A DNA stretch of 64,000 nt, from NCBI GenBank assembly GCA_049325475.1, contig JBMOLN010000007.1, positions 95,489 through 159,488 on the forward strand. Direction: 5' to 3'. Of the stretch, positions 36,198-44,359 are shown one piece after another (the first letter of the stretch is position 1; every line of letters begins with the position of its first letter). Below the pieces are notes generated by a model. The model saw only the letters and a list, made by a program, of their open reading frames with translations. It made no database searches and was not told the DNA's origin. The DNA comes from Patescibacteria group bacterium. Its GTDB lineage: Bacteria > Patescibacteriota > Patescibacteriia > 2-12-FULL-60-25. The translations under genes were made by a program, and so were the position numbers.

Positions 36198-37220
36198 TTA
36201 ATCCCTGATTAATGATTGAATTTCTTGTAAAGCATCCGAATGCAAAAACTCTTCTACATCCATGGTTGTCTGCTCATTCTCTTCCTGCAGACAAAGCCGC
36301 ACCTGATATTTTCTGTCCGGACGCCTCTCCAAGCGGATACCGTAAAACTGTTCCTCACAAGTACCATCCGTTGCGCGCGGGCACTGACTGCACATGCTGG
36401 CAAGTTTAAGATCGCGAATTTGTTTAAAACCGATTTCATATCCGTTAGGCAATCTGTAAATCGTTGAGCACGAGGAGGATCCGGGATTAGCCTTGCGCAA
36501 AACCTCAACAGCTCCCATATCTTTTAAAATTTTACGTATTGCTAAAATCGATTCCATGCCGTTTCCCAAATCATTTAACAACCTTAGCGGAATTTGATGT
36601 TCTCTGGCCCATTCGATTATCTTGGAAACACGCCCCGCATCTTCGGCCGTGCTGACGACCGTATTGATTTTTACTGCAGCGCCTATTTCTTTGGCGCGCA
36701 AAACACTTTTCAATTCCTGCTCAACTTGAGCATGAGCCCAGCTTAAAGTTGGCAAGCGCCTTTTACCGCCTTTACGGCTCACACCCCTGCCTTCTTGAGT
36801 TGATAAAAATTCTTGCGGATCAACCGAGTGAACTGAAAAATTAAAACTGCGCAAGCCTGCTGCAAACAACCTTTCCAATTCTTCTTCACTGAACTGACCG
36901 TTGGATGTTGTTTTTACCTCCAAACCCATAGCCGCTAAACCGGCTGCAATGGTTGCTAATTCCGGATTCTTTGTCGGTTCGCCGCCCGTAAAATGAACTT
37001 CTTTAATTTCGGGTAATGCTTTTTGAAAAGCCGCAATAATTTCTTGTATTTCCGGCCCCCAATCCAAATCGATAATATCTCTGCTCCCCTCACTATGACA
37101 AAAAGAACAACGCCAAGGGCACTTATCCGTCACCTTGATCCTTAAAGCTTGTTCGCGCTTTATCACGAAAGGATTTTCTCCGGAGGTAGCTTCCATTCGC
37201 ATAATATAAGACCCCACCAT
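36198..37220 (-). CDS. radical SAM protein, MoaA-like
   Basis: LRIKVTDKCPWRCSFCHSEG (CxxxCxxC), FTGGEPT, TTSNG, VKINTVV and a C-terminal CSQCPRATDGTC cluster parallel the MoaA layout. Confidence 0.85.
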   Translation of the reverse strand: MVGSYIMRMEATSGENPFVIKREQALRIKVTDKCPWRCSFCHSEGSRDIIDLDWGPEIQEIIAAFQKALPEIKEVHFTGGEPTKNPELATIAAGLAAMGLEVKTTSNGQFSEEELERLFAAGLRSFNFSVHSVDPQEFLSTQEGRGVSRKGGKRRLPTLSWAHAQVEQELKSVLRAKEIGAAVKINTVVSTAEDAGRVSKIIEWAREHQIPLRLLNDLGNGMESILAIRKILKDMGAVEVLRKANPGSSSCSTIYRLPNGYEIGFKQIRDLKLASMCSQCPRATDGTCEEQFYGIRLERRPDRKYQVRLCLQEENEQTTMDVEEFLHSDALQEIQSLIRD

Positions 37221-37237
37221 TATACAAAAAAAATCAC

Positions 37238-37663
37238 CTAAGTACCAGGTGATAAAAACAGAATCTTCATTTCTTGCCTATGTCTTGGCAACACTTGAAG
37301 GCTTTCAACTGCTTCTTCAAGAGGCATCCAGACAACCTCCGTAATTTCATCCGTATCGGTAGGCGAACTTTGTGGCTTTGAAGTATGCCCGATATAGTTA
37401 TGATAAATATAGTGCAAATCAGGAGTAATATTCTCGCTGATAGAAGCAAATCGTACATTGGTTAACGCGGTTCCGGTTTCCTCCAAAAATTCACGCATTG
37501 CGCATTTTTCCAAACTTTCCCCGAATTCAAGATGCCCTCCGGGGATTGTTAAACAGTGGGACATTTTTTTGCTTCTTACCAGGCAAATGCGTCCCTCATT
37601 ATCCAGACAAAAAATACCAACCGCGTTTTCAATCTTCCCTTGCATGATTTCACTCCTAGGCAT
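37238..37663 (-). CDS. NUDIX hydrolase
   Basis: Canonical Nudix box [23 protein letters not shown]. Confidence 0.85.
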   Translation of the reverse strand: MPRSEIMQGKIENAVGIFCLDNEGRICLVRSKKMSHCLTIPGGHLEFGESLEKCAMREFLEETGTALTNVRFASISENITPDLHYIYHNYIGHTSKPQSSPTDTDEITEVVWMPLEEAVESLQVLPRHRQEMKILFLSPGT

Positions 37664-37835
37664 TTAGATTTGCATAGATATAACCGTATGTCAAGGCTTT
37701 AATCAAGATCTTGCCAAACACGAAATTATACTGTATAACTATCCTCACATTCAAACAACGAATCATTGATAAATATCGCTAAAGCGAATCCAAAATTGGT
37801 GATTGTTGTTTGATGATTGATTATTACAGTTTTAT

Positions 37836-37910
37836 GGTGGCCATGGTGAAGCGGTATCACAGCAGATTGTGGCTCTGCTATCACGGGTTCAACTCCCGTT
37901 GGCCACCCCA
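37836..37910 (+). tRNA. tRNA-His (GTG), with encoded G-1 and CCA
   Basis: Hand-folded cloverleaf. Acceptor GTGGCCA/TGGCCAC, D stem GTGA/TCAC, anticodon stem GCAGA/TCTGC with loop TTGTGGC, T arm ACGGG-TTCAACT-CCCGT. The extra 5' G pairs with discriminator C. 3' CCA is encoded. Confidence 0.9.
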
Positions 37911-37911
37911 T

Positions 37912-38091
37912 GAAAACGCCAGTCCAATTTTCGGGCTGGCGTTTTCATATGTGTAGTTAACAGAGGGAGTTGAACCAGGGGATGGTAAGGGGAGAGGCTC
38001 CCCTTACATATTGAGGGTGACAGCCCTGAGTTTACGAAGGGCGATAAGAGGGGCGGAAGCCCCTATTAAGAGGAGTGTAACGACGACGTGA
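37912..38091. mobile_element. 180-bp insert bracketed by 21-bp direct repeats of the tRNA-His 3' end (possible integration scar or miniature element)
   Basis: AACTCCCGTTGGCCACCCCAT occurs at 37891-37911 (within the tRNA) and again at 38092-38112. The insert carries GGGAG/CTCCC hairpins and no ORF. Confidence 0.35.
37913..37945 (+). terminator. terminator-like hairpin after tRNA-His
   Basis: AAAACGCCAG-13 nt-CTGGCGTTTT. Confidence 0.55.
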
Positions 38092-38117
38092 AACTCCCGT
38101 TGGCCACCCCATAAGAA

Positions 38118-38141
38118 GTCGACCTTATCTGTCGACTTTTT
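38118..38141 (+). terminator. intrinsic terminator after second copy of tRNA 3' end
   Basis: GTCGAC-cttatct-GTCGAC followed by TTTTT. Confidence 0.65.
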
Positions 38142-38215
38142 GTTATTCTTCCGAATCAAATACCTAAAAAACAGCGTCTTGCGTCTTGTCGAAGAAAATC
38201 CTGAACCTATTTTTG

Positions 38216-39394
38216 TTACACCATCCCCAAACCCAGCGCCACAAACATGCCAACTCCCAAAAAAAAGATTATTAAGCCGGCTATTAAATGCAAAGTCTTT
38301 AATCTTTTTTGTCTCCATTCCTCTGCCTTCTCCACCGATGTAAATCCCCAATAAATCAAGAAAGTAATGATCAGCATCGGTAAAATGAAAATAAAATTAT
38401 AAAGCAGCAAATACAGGAAGGCGGTATTTCTGGTCGCCGTTTTTGACAGCAATCCCAAAATCACAATATAAGGCCCTGATGTACACGGAAGTAAAAATAA
38501 ACTCACCACAAAGCCGATCATGAACGCGCCCGGTACAGAAGTTACTCCGCGGATCACGGCTTTAAGTTTAGGACGCCAGCTCATGGGCACTTCCATCACA
38601 AACCATTTTCCATACCATAAAAAATCTTTTAGATTGAACAATCCTATAATAATCGCGAGCACGGCCACGGCAATATAAATATAATGTGTTGCACCCGAGA
38701 TTTGTATTGCCGAATATAAACCGACGCCCATCAACAAATAGGAAATATAAATTGACGCAGAAAATGCCAAACCGGCCAAGAGCGCCCGCCTTCTGGAAGA
38801 CCCTGCTAAAACCGTGGTCAATAAAATAATCAAAACCGCAAAAGCGCAAGGATTAATTGCATCAACCGCAGCTGCCGCTAAAATTGCCGGAATGGTTATT
38901 GTTTGCACAAACTCAATCTTTTCCGGACTTTGTAAAGGATCACTCTCCCCTACGATATGTAAAATCTCATTTTCTTGTTCTGTTGATTTTACTAATTTAT
39001 CCGCCGGCGAACCGCAATCCGCTTCACTGCAACGTATAATTTCTTGCTCCAACGACTGGCCAATGGCACTGCTAAAACCCACAATCACTTTATCATCAAT
39101 AAAAACGGTCGGTACCCCTTCAATCTGACGGCCATAAGCGTTCGCCAATTCTTGAAACAAAGCCTGCCCGTATCTGTCTGAATAAATTTCATAATCTTGC
39201 ACTTTCAAATTCGGATATTGACTCTCCAATCTTTCCAAGAAAGATTCCATGGCCGCGCAATGAGGGCATCCTTGCCCGTAAAAAAAATATAATTCAACAT
39301 CCTTCTGCTCTTGCGCATAAACATCGGCAACGCTTAATACAATAAAAAATAAAAATGATACTATTATGGATTTTAATGCCACTTTGTATTTCAT
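38216..39394 (-). CDS. thioredoxin-fold / CcdA(DsbD)-type thiol-disulfide transporter fusion
   Basis: Signal sequence, GQGCPHCAAME (CxxC) thioredoxin-like domain, then a polytopic domain with INPCAFAVL and LPCTSGPY motifs of the DsbD_2/CcdA family. Confidence 0.8.
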   Translation of the reverse strand: MKYKVALKSIIVSFLFFIVLSVADVYAQEQKDVELYFFYGQGCPHCAAMESFLERLESQYPNLKVQDYEIYSDRYGQALFQELANAYGRQIEGVPTVFIDDKVIVGFSSAIGQSLEQEIIRCSEADCGSPADKLVKSTEQENEILHIVGESDPLQSPEKIEFVQTITIPAILAAAAVDAINPCAFAVLIILLTTVLAGSSRRRALLAGLAFSASIYISYLLMGVGLYSAIQISGATHYIYIAVAVLAIIIGLFNLKDFLWYGKWFVMEVPMSWRPKLKAVIRGVTSVPGAFMIGFVVSLFLLPCTSGPYIVILGLLSKTATRNTAFLYLLLYNFIFILPMLIITFLIYWGFTSVEKAEEWRQKRLKTLHLIAGLIIFFLGVGMFVALGLGMV

Positions 39395-39429
39395 ATTTCT
39401 TATTTCTTATTTCTTAATTCTTATTTCTT
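39395..39429. repeat. heptanucleotide array (ATTTCTT x3, AATTCTT, ATTTCTT)
   Basis: Fills the gap between the DUF134 stop and the ccdA-fusion start. Confidence 0.85.
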
Positions 39430-39432
39430 ATT

Positions 39433-39711
39433 TTAATCTTTTATAATCTTAATCGCTTTCCCCTCAACCAATCCTTGCGCGATTTTTTTATACGCTGACG
39501 ATAAAATCCGTTGAAAAGTACTTTGCGAAGTCTGCATCTTTTTTGCGGCTTCATTCTGATCCAGCTCTTCAATATTTTTTAAACGCATAGCTTCCATCTC
39601 TTCATGAGACAATTCCACAAACTCAAGATCCCTCATGGGGATGCCTTGTGGTTTAAAAAACGTCACATGAGGATCAAATTGTATTCTCCTGCCCAGTCTT
39701 GGTCTTGGCAT
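39433..39711 (-). CDS. DUF134 (UPF0251) DNA-binding protein
   Basis: MPRPRLGRRIQFDPHVTFFKPQGIP start and a sigma-70-region-4-like HTH (AAKKMQTSQSTFQRIL). Confidence 0.8.
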   Translation of the reverse strand: MPRPRLGRRIQFDPHVTFFKPQGIPMRDLEFVELSHEEMEAMRLKNIEELDQNEAAKKMQTSQSTFQRILSSAYKKIAQGLVEGKAIKIIKD

Positions 39712-39786
39712 ATACAAACATTTTAACGCAAAAATGGAACAAAGTCTCTAAACAAAATCAGAAACCCTTGTTCACTTTTGCAAAAG

Positions 39787-39990
39787 TTAGGCATTACGGC
39801 CTAGACCGCGCCCGATTCCGCGGCCACGGCCACGACCCAGGCCTTGACCCTGACCTCTGCCGGTTCCGCGGCCGTTGTTTGATTTACCCGACCCTTGAAG
39901 CCTTGGCGCAGTGGGTTGGCCGCAATTACCCATTCTTTGGCCCGTTCCCGGCCCTTGGCCTTGCGGACCCGTTCCATCATAATTGGGCAT
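39787..39990 (-). CDS. DUF5320-family Gly/Arg-rich small protein
   Basis: MPNYDGTGPQGQGPGTGQRMGNCG followed by GRGxG repeats. Typical partner of DUF134. Confidence 0.65.
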   Translation of the reverse strand: MPNYDGTGPQGQGPGTGQRMGNCGQPTAPRLQGSGKSNNGRGTGRGQGQGLGRGRGRGIGRGLGRNA

Positions 39991-40221
39991 AAATTTATTA
40001 AATTAGCAGTTAGAAATTATTAATTAGCAATAAATTAGTTATTTAGAGTCATTTCTAATTGCCAATTGCTATTTGCTAATTAACTATATTGAATATATAC
40101 CCATAACTATATTTTGTCAAATAATCCAAAAACCCCGAGATCTCCCCGGGGTTAATAATAATTCGCAAAGCGACTCCAGCATTTTTAATTCTTAATTTAA
40201 AAAAGCCCTTATGGGCTTTTT

Positions 40222-41595
40222 TTAGTGATTGCAGTTTGGTCCATGCACATGCCCATGCTCCGCCTGATGTTCAGCTTCCTCTTTGGCGAATTTATCCATT
40301 ATATCTTTATAATCCTTAATTCCCTTTTCTTTCATAAATTCCAAAGTTTTTCTGTTTTTCATCATGGTCTCCACATAATCACGATATTCCGGCGAGCTCA
40401 CGCGGTCTTTTGTTTCTTTATCCTGCACCATGGCTAAAATCCTGTCGATCTCATTATCAACTTCTTCAGCTTCAGCCTGCAATTTATTTTCTTTGGCTAA
40501 ATTATTGATGTAAACCGCTGTCTTAACTCTCTTGATGGCTTGCGGAACAAGATCCAATCGCAGCTCATCAGCCGTCTTTTTTATACTCGCCAAATAATCT
40601 TCCATTCTGCCGCCGCGGCGCTCTATATCATGAGCCAACTCATCATACATTCTGCGTACTTCTTCTTTAATCATAATTTCCGGTACTTCCGTAAAATTGC
40701 TTTTTTCTACAACCGTTTCCAACAATTCTATCTCCGCCGATTCCATTGCCCGTCTCTTTTCTTCGGATTCCATATTTGCCCGCAACAACTCACGCAGTTT
40801 AGCCACGCTCTCTTGCCCCAGCTCTTTGGCAAAATCCTCATTTACTTCGGGTAACTGAATCTCATAAACATCATTAACCGTCACATCAAAATCAATATCC
40901 CTGCCGGCATACATTTTTTGAAAATGATCGGCCGGGAACGGCAAAGTAAATGTTTTATGATCGCCTTTGTTTAAACCAATCAACTGATCGGCAAATTTGG
41001 GAATATAATGCTCTTCACTTAAATAAACTTTATAATTCTTGGCAGTACCGCCTTCCAAAATCACATTATCCTTTTTCATTTCCAGATTGATATCAACCAT
41101 GCCTTCTTTTTGCGCCGGCTTTAAAGACACTACTTCCTTTCGGCGCATCTTTCTTAACTCTTCAATCGCTTTATCAATTTCTTCTTCTTTTGTTTCCTTG
41201 GATTTAACTTCCACGAACGGCTCCGCAATGTTGAAAGCATTGGTAATCTTTGGCATTACCGCAACCGTGCAGGTAAATTTCATATCCTGACCGGGAGTTA
41301 ATTGATCCACCGCAATTTCTGGCGAGCCGATTGTTTCAAAACCCTTGTCTAAAACAGTTTTCACGTACCAAGCACGCACGACTTTCTCCAAAGCTAATTG
41401 CCAAATACCCATCTCTCCTCCAACAGCTTTGGCGATTTCCGCATACGGAGCTTTGCCCGGTCTGAAGCCCGGAATGGATTTTGCCTTGCCCGCCTCTTCA
41501 ACCACCGCATCAATATACGGTTTGGCTTCATCGGGCGTAACTGAAAATTTTAATTCGATTTTTGAGCCTGCCAGCTCATTGATAATTGGTTCCAT
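40222..41595 (-). CDS. tig: trigger factor
   Basis: N-terminal ribosome-binding region with GFRPGKAP, a central PPIase-like region and a C-terminal arm. Unusual His-rich tail EHQAEHGHVHGPNCNH. Confidence 0.9.
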   Translation of the reverse strand: MEPIINELAGSKIELKFSVTPDEAKPYIDAVVEEAGKAKSIPGFRPGKAPYAEIAKAVGGEMGIWQLALEKVVRAWYVKTVLDKGFETIGSPEIAVDQLTPGQDMKFTCTVAVMPKITNAFNIAEPFVEVKSKETKEEEIDKAIEELRKMRRKEVVSLKPAQKEGMVDINLEMKKDNVILEGGTAKNYKVYLSEEHYIPKFADQLIGLNKGDHKTFTLPFPADHFQKMYAGRDIDFDVTVNDVYEIQLPEVNEDFAKELGQESVAKLRELLRANMESEEKRRAMESAEIELLETVVEKSNFTEVPEIMIKEEVRRMYDELAHDIERRGGRMEDYLASIKKTADELRLDLVPQAIKRVKTAVYINNLAKENKLQAEAEEVDNEIDRILAMVQDKETKDRVSSPEYRDYVETMMKNRKTLEFMKEKGIKDYKDIMDKFAKEEAEHQAEHGHVHGPNCNH

Positions 41596-41688
41596 AATTC
41601 ATGGACTATAACAGAATTCGGCTTTTTGTCAACCAAAAAGACCGGAATCATCCGGCCTTCACTTTATAACGTTATGACGTTATGACTT

Positions 41689-43257
41689 TTACCTAATGTA
41701 CAGCAGCGGATTCACCCTGGCTCCATTCACATAAACTTCGTAATGGATATGCGAGCCTGTTGATCTGCCCGTTGAACCCATCATGGCAATCACCTGTCCG
41801 CGCTTTACCCTGTCTCCGGCTTTTACAAATAATTTGGAAGCATGCGCGTATCTGGTCTGCATTCCGTTTTCATGGTCAATCAAAACCTGTAAACCGTAAC
41901 CGCCGGAATTCCAGCCGGAAATGGTCACTACTCCGTCTTCAGACGCATACAAAGGAGATGTGTAATCGCCGTCGATATCCAAACCCGTATGGCGCCAGCC
42001 GTAATATTGGGTAATTACATGGCCTGAAGTCGGCCACAAGAGCTTGGCGGTCGGAGCAGCCTCAACTTTATCGGCCGGCTTGGAAACCGAAAGGTTCTCG
42101 GCCGGCGCCTGATAACTGCCCACACCGGGCTCATTCAATGTCTCTCTGCTTGTTCTGGATCTGCTGACCGCGATGATTCTTTCTTGCTCAATCCGCGGAG
42201 GTTCGCCGCCGGGTATAATAAGCTCTTTGCCAACTTGAACCATCTCATCCGGCAATTGATTGGCGCGGACAATCTCATCCACCTCTCCGCCGTATTTATT
42301 GGCGATTGATAGCAAGGAATCTCCCTTTTTAACCGCTACCAAAACTCCGGATACTGGTAAAATCTTCAACGAATCACCCGGCCTGATATATTGCCTTTCC
42401 GACAAATTATTGGCCCACAGAATTGTACCAACATCTATGCCAAAATCTCTGGCAATGGTACCCAGAGTATCGCCCTGTTTAACAACATAAGTTTCCACGC
42501 CGTTTCTTTTTGGCGTCACCCTTTCCTCTTTCTCCGCATCTTCTTCGTCGATCGGCCTTAAAACCAAAGTACCCGGCAAAGATTGGGAAAATACTTCCTG
42601 ACTCTCATCTTCCTCCGAATAATTAAAATCAATATGCGGAATTGCTTCAATCGTGCCTTCTGCCAAATACGTAGGATCCGATATTTGCTCCGGAACATAT
42701 AAATCCTCTTGCACGATTTCCGCTTCGCCGTTCGTCATCAGCGTATAAAGCAAACTTTGCTGGCCCGCTTCATGAGCTAAAACTTGATGGCTTTGGATGT
42801 TGGCATAAACCGTAGATGCCGCCGCCAAACACAATGCGACATGAAAAAGATATTTATTTGTAATAACAAAAAGCAACAAACCCCGGGCCGGTAAAGCCAA
42901 ACGCAAAATACGCAGCCTCATCATCACAAACAATCCGTACAAAGGCAGAATAAAAAACCGTAACAGAACACGGCCGATCGGCTTTAATGCCTCATAGATT
43001 ATTTTTACAAAAAAATATTCTATTGCTTTTTTTATTGCACGAACCCCTCGGAATGCTGCGATTCCGACAGAAGTCCAGAATGCTGATGGTGTTTTCTTAA
43101 AAATATCTACCCCACGGGTAAAAACGCATAATCCAGCTAAATAACCGTATTTTAAGATCCGCATTAGCCAAAAAATGTGTTTATTAAGCGAATTATTAAC
43201 TAATCGACATTTTTGGTAGGTGAATACAAAGCTAACAAGGCATAAACCGCTTGTCAA
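41689..43257 (-). CDS. M23-family metallopeptidase with two LysM domains
   Basis: YVVKQGDTLGTIARDFG and VAVKKGDSLLSIANKYG LysM motifs. HTGLDI and GSTGRSTGSHIHYEV M23 motifs. N-terminal TM region; start uncertain. Confidence 0.85.
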   Translation of the reverse strand: MTSGLCLVSFVFTYQKCRLVNNSLNKHIFWLMRILKYGYLAGLCVFTRGVDIFKKTPSAFWTSVGIAAFRGVRAIKKAIEYFFVKIIYEALKPIGRVLLRFFILPLYGLFVMMRLRILRLALPARGLLLFVITNKYLFHVALCLAAASTVYANIQSHQVLAHEAGQQSLLYTLMTNGEAEIVQEDLYVPEQISDPTYLAEGTIEAIPHIDFNYSEEDESQEVFSQSLPGTLVLRPIDEEDAEKEERVTPKRNGVETYVVKQGDTLGTIARDFGIDVGTILWANNLSERQYIRPGDSLKILPVSGVLVAVKKGDSLLSIANKYGGEVDEIVRANQLPDEMVQVGKELIIPGGEPPRIEQERIIAVSRSRTSRETLNEPGVGSYQAPAENLSVSKPADKVEAAPTAKLLWPTSGHVITQYYGWRHTGLDIDGDYTSPLYASEDGVVTISGWNSGGYGLQVLIDHENGMQTRYAHASKLFVKAGDRVKRGQVIAMMGSTGRSTGSHIHYEVYVNGARVNPLLYIR

Positions 43258-43354
43258 TGTAATTATCCACTGAATTGTTCACTCACTGACATATATTGTT
43301 AAAAATTATGTTAATTTAGCCAATTTTCAAACGCGCAAAAATATAAATAATTGA

Positions 43355-43819
43355 TTAAGCCGCTACAGCAACCCGCACCGGTTCTGTAGTTGCCGGCGCC
43401 TCATTTTTTTCTGATTTTTTCTTGGGATTTTCAATTGTATAAATGAGAGCCGACAGCATTTTGTAAATCACGGTATTTGTTTCCTTCAGCCGGTTAACCG
43501 TTTCTTTATGTTCCGGAAACAAATCACTTATAAGCATCAACGAAGTTTCGCAAACCGCGGTATTGTTGCGCGCATAATTCAAATGCTTTACAAACTCATC
43601 TTTAACTCTCTTCTGCTGTCCCTGCGCAATTTGCGCCGACATGGAGAGAGCCGCGCGGTTTAATTGCGCTGCAAGTGCATACCTCTCCTCTTGCGGCAAA
43701 GCATGAACCAACTCATGCACGCCCTTGGCAAATTCAAATGCCTGTTGCCAAACCACCAAATCTCGAAACGATGTTTGCTTATATTCTTTTTTTTGTGAAG
43801 TATTGTTTGAAGTAGTCAT
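43355..43819 (-). CDS. four-helix-bundle protein (23S rRNA IVS / Avd-like family)
   Basis: FRDLVVWQQAFEFAKGVHELV...AAQLNRAALSMSAQIAQG. Start is probably MTTSNN rather than the upstream M. Confidence 0.75.
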   Translation of the reverse strand: MTTSNNTSQKKEYKQTSFRDLVVWQQAFEFAKGVHELVHALPQEERYALAAQLNRAALSMSAQIAQGQQKRVKDEFVKHLNYARNNTAVCETSLMLISDLFPEHKETVNRLKETNTVIYKMLSALIYTIENPKKKSEKNEAPATTEPVRVAVAA

Positions 43820-43909
43820 ATACGTAGTAATAAATGTATTGCGCGTTTGAAAGCTGACCATGACGTTAGCACGTCTTCCCGTTCATCTGTACTCCGGAAA
43901 ACTTTAAGG

Positions 43910-44263
43910 TTAAGGCGGTCGTAAATGAAAAATTAACTTCGATAACATTCTAATAATATAATTGCTTCTTTCATAAATAACTTTATGGGTTGCTTCATTA
44001 ATGTATTTAAAGCGCAGAGCCAAACACAACAAAGACCGAACTTCACTGCAAGATCCTTTTGCAATAAATAAAAACCTGACGAATTCTTTATTCGAATCTC
44101 TTTCAAAGCCTTCCGTGATATTGCTGGATACAGATACGCTGGCTCGACGAATTTGATCATTAAAGGACCAATCTCGACACAATCTAAATGCCTCAAAAAC
44201 ATCAACAGCTAATTCCATTGATTGTTGCCAAGCTTTAATATCTTCAACTTGTTTAAAATTCAT
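43910..44263 (-). CDS. four-helix-bundle protein (23S rRNA IVS / Avd-like family)
   Basis: FNDQIRRASVSVSSNITEGFER and KGSCSEV motifs. Confidence 0.8.
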   Translation of the reverse strand: MNFKQVEDIKAWQQSMELAVDVFEAFRLCRDWSFNDQIRRASVSVSSNITEGFERDSNKEFVRFLFIAKGSCSEVRSLLCLALRFKYINEATHKVIYERSNYIIRMLSKLIFHLRPP

Positions 44264-44359
44264 ATTTGTTGACTGTATTAACTCTGGTTAACGGGTATAC
44301 GGGACTACTGATCAACTTGACTCGAGTCCTGAATCCATCATTCAAGTTTAAGCCTCTAG

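Noticed and set aside
38004-38351. 115-aa minus-strand ORF
   Set aside because: It spans the GGGAG hairpin insert, the duplicated tRNA 3' end and a terminator, and it overlaps the 3' end of the ccdA-fusion gene. The sequence is low-complexity. Judged spurious.
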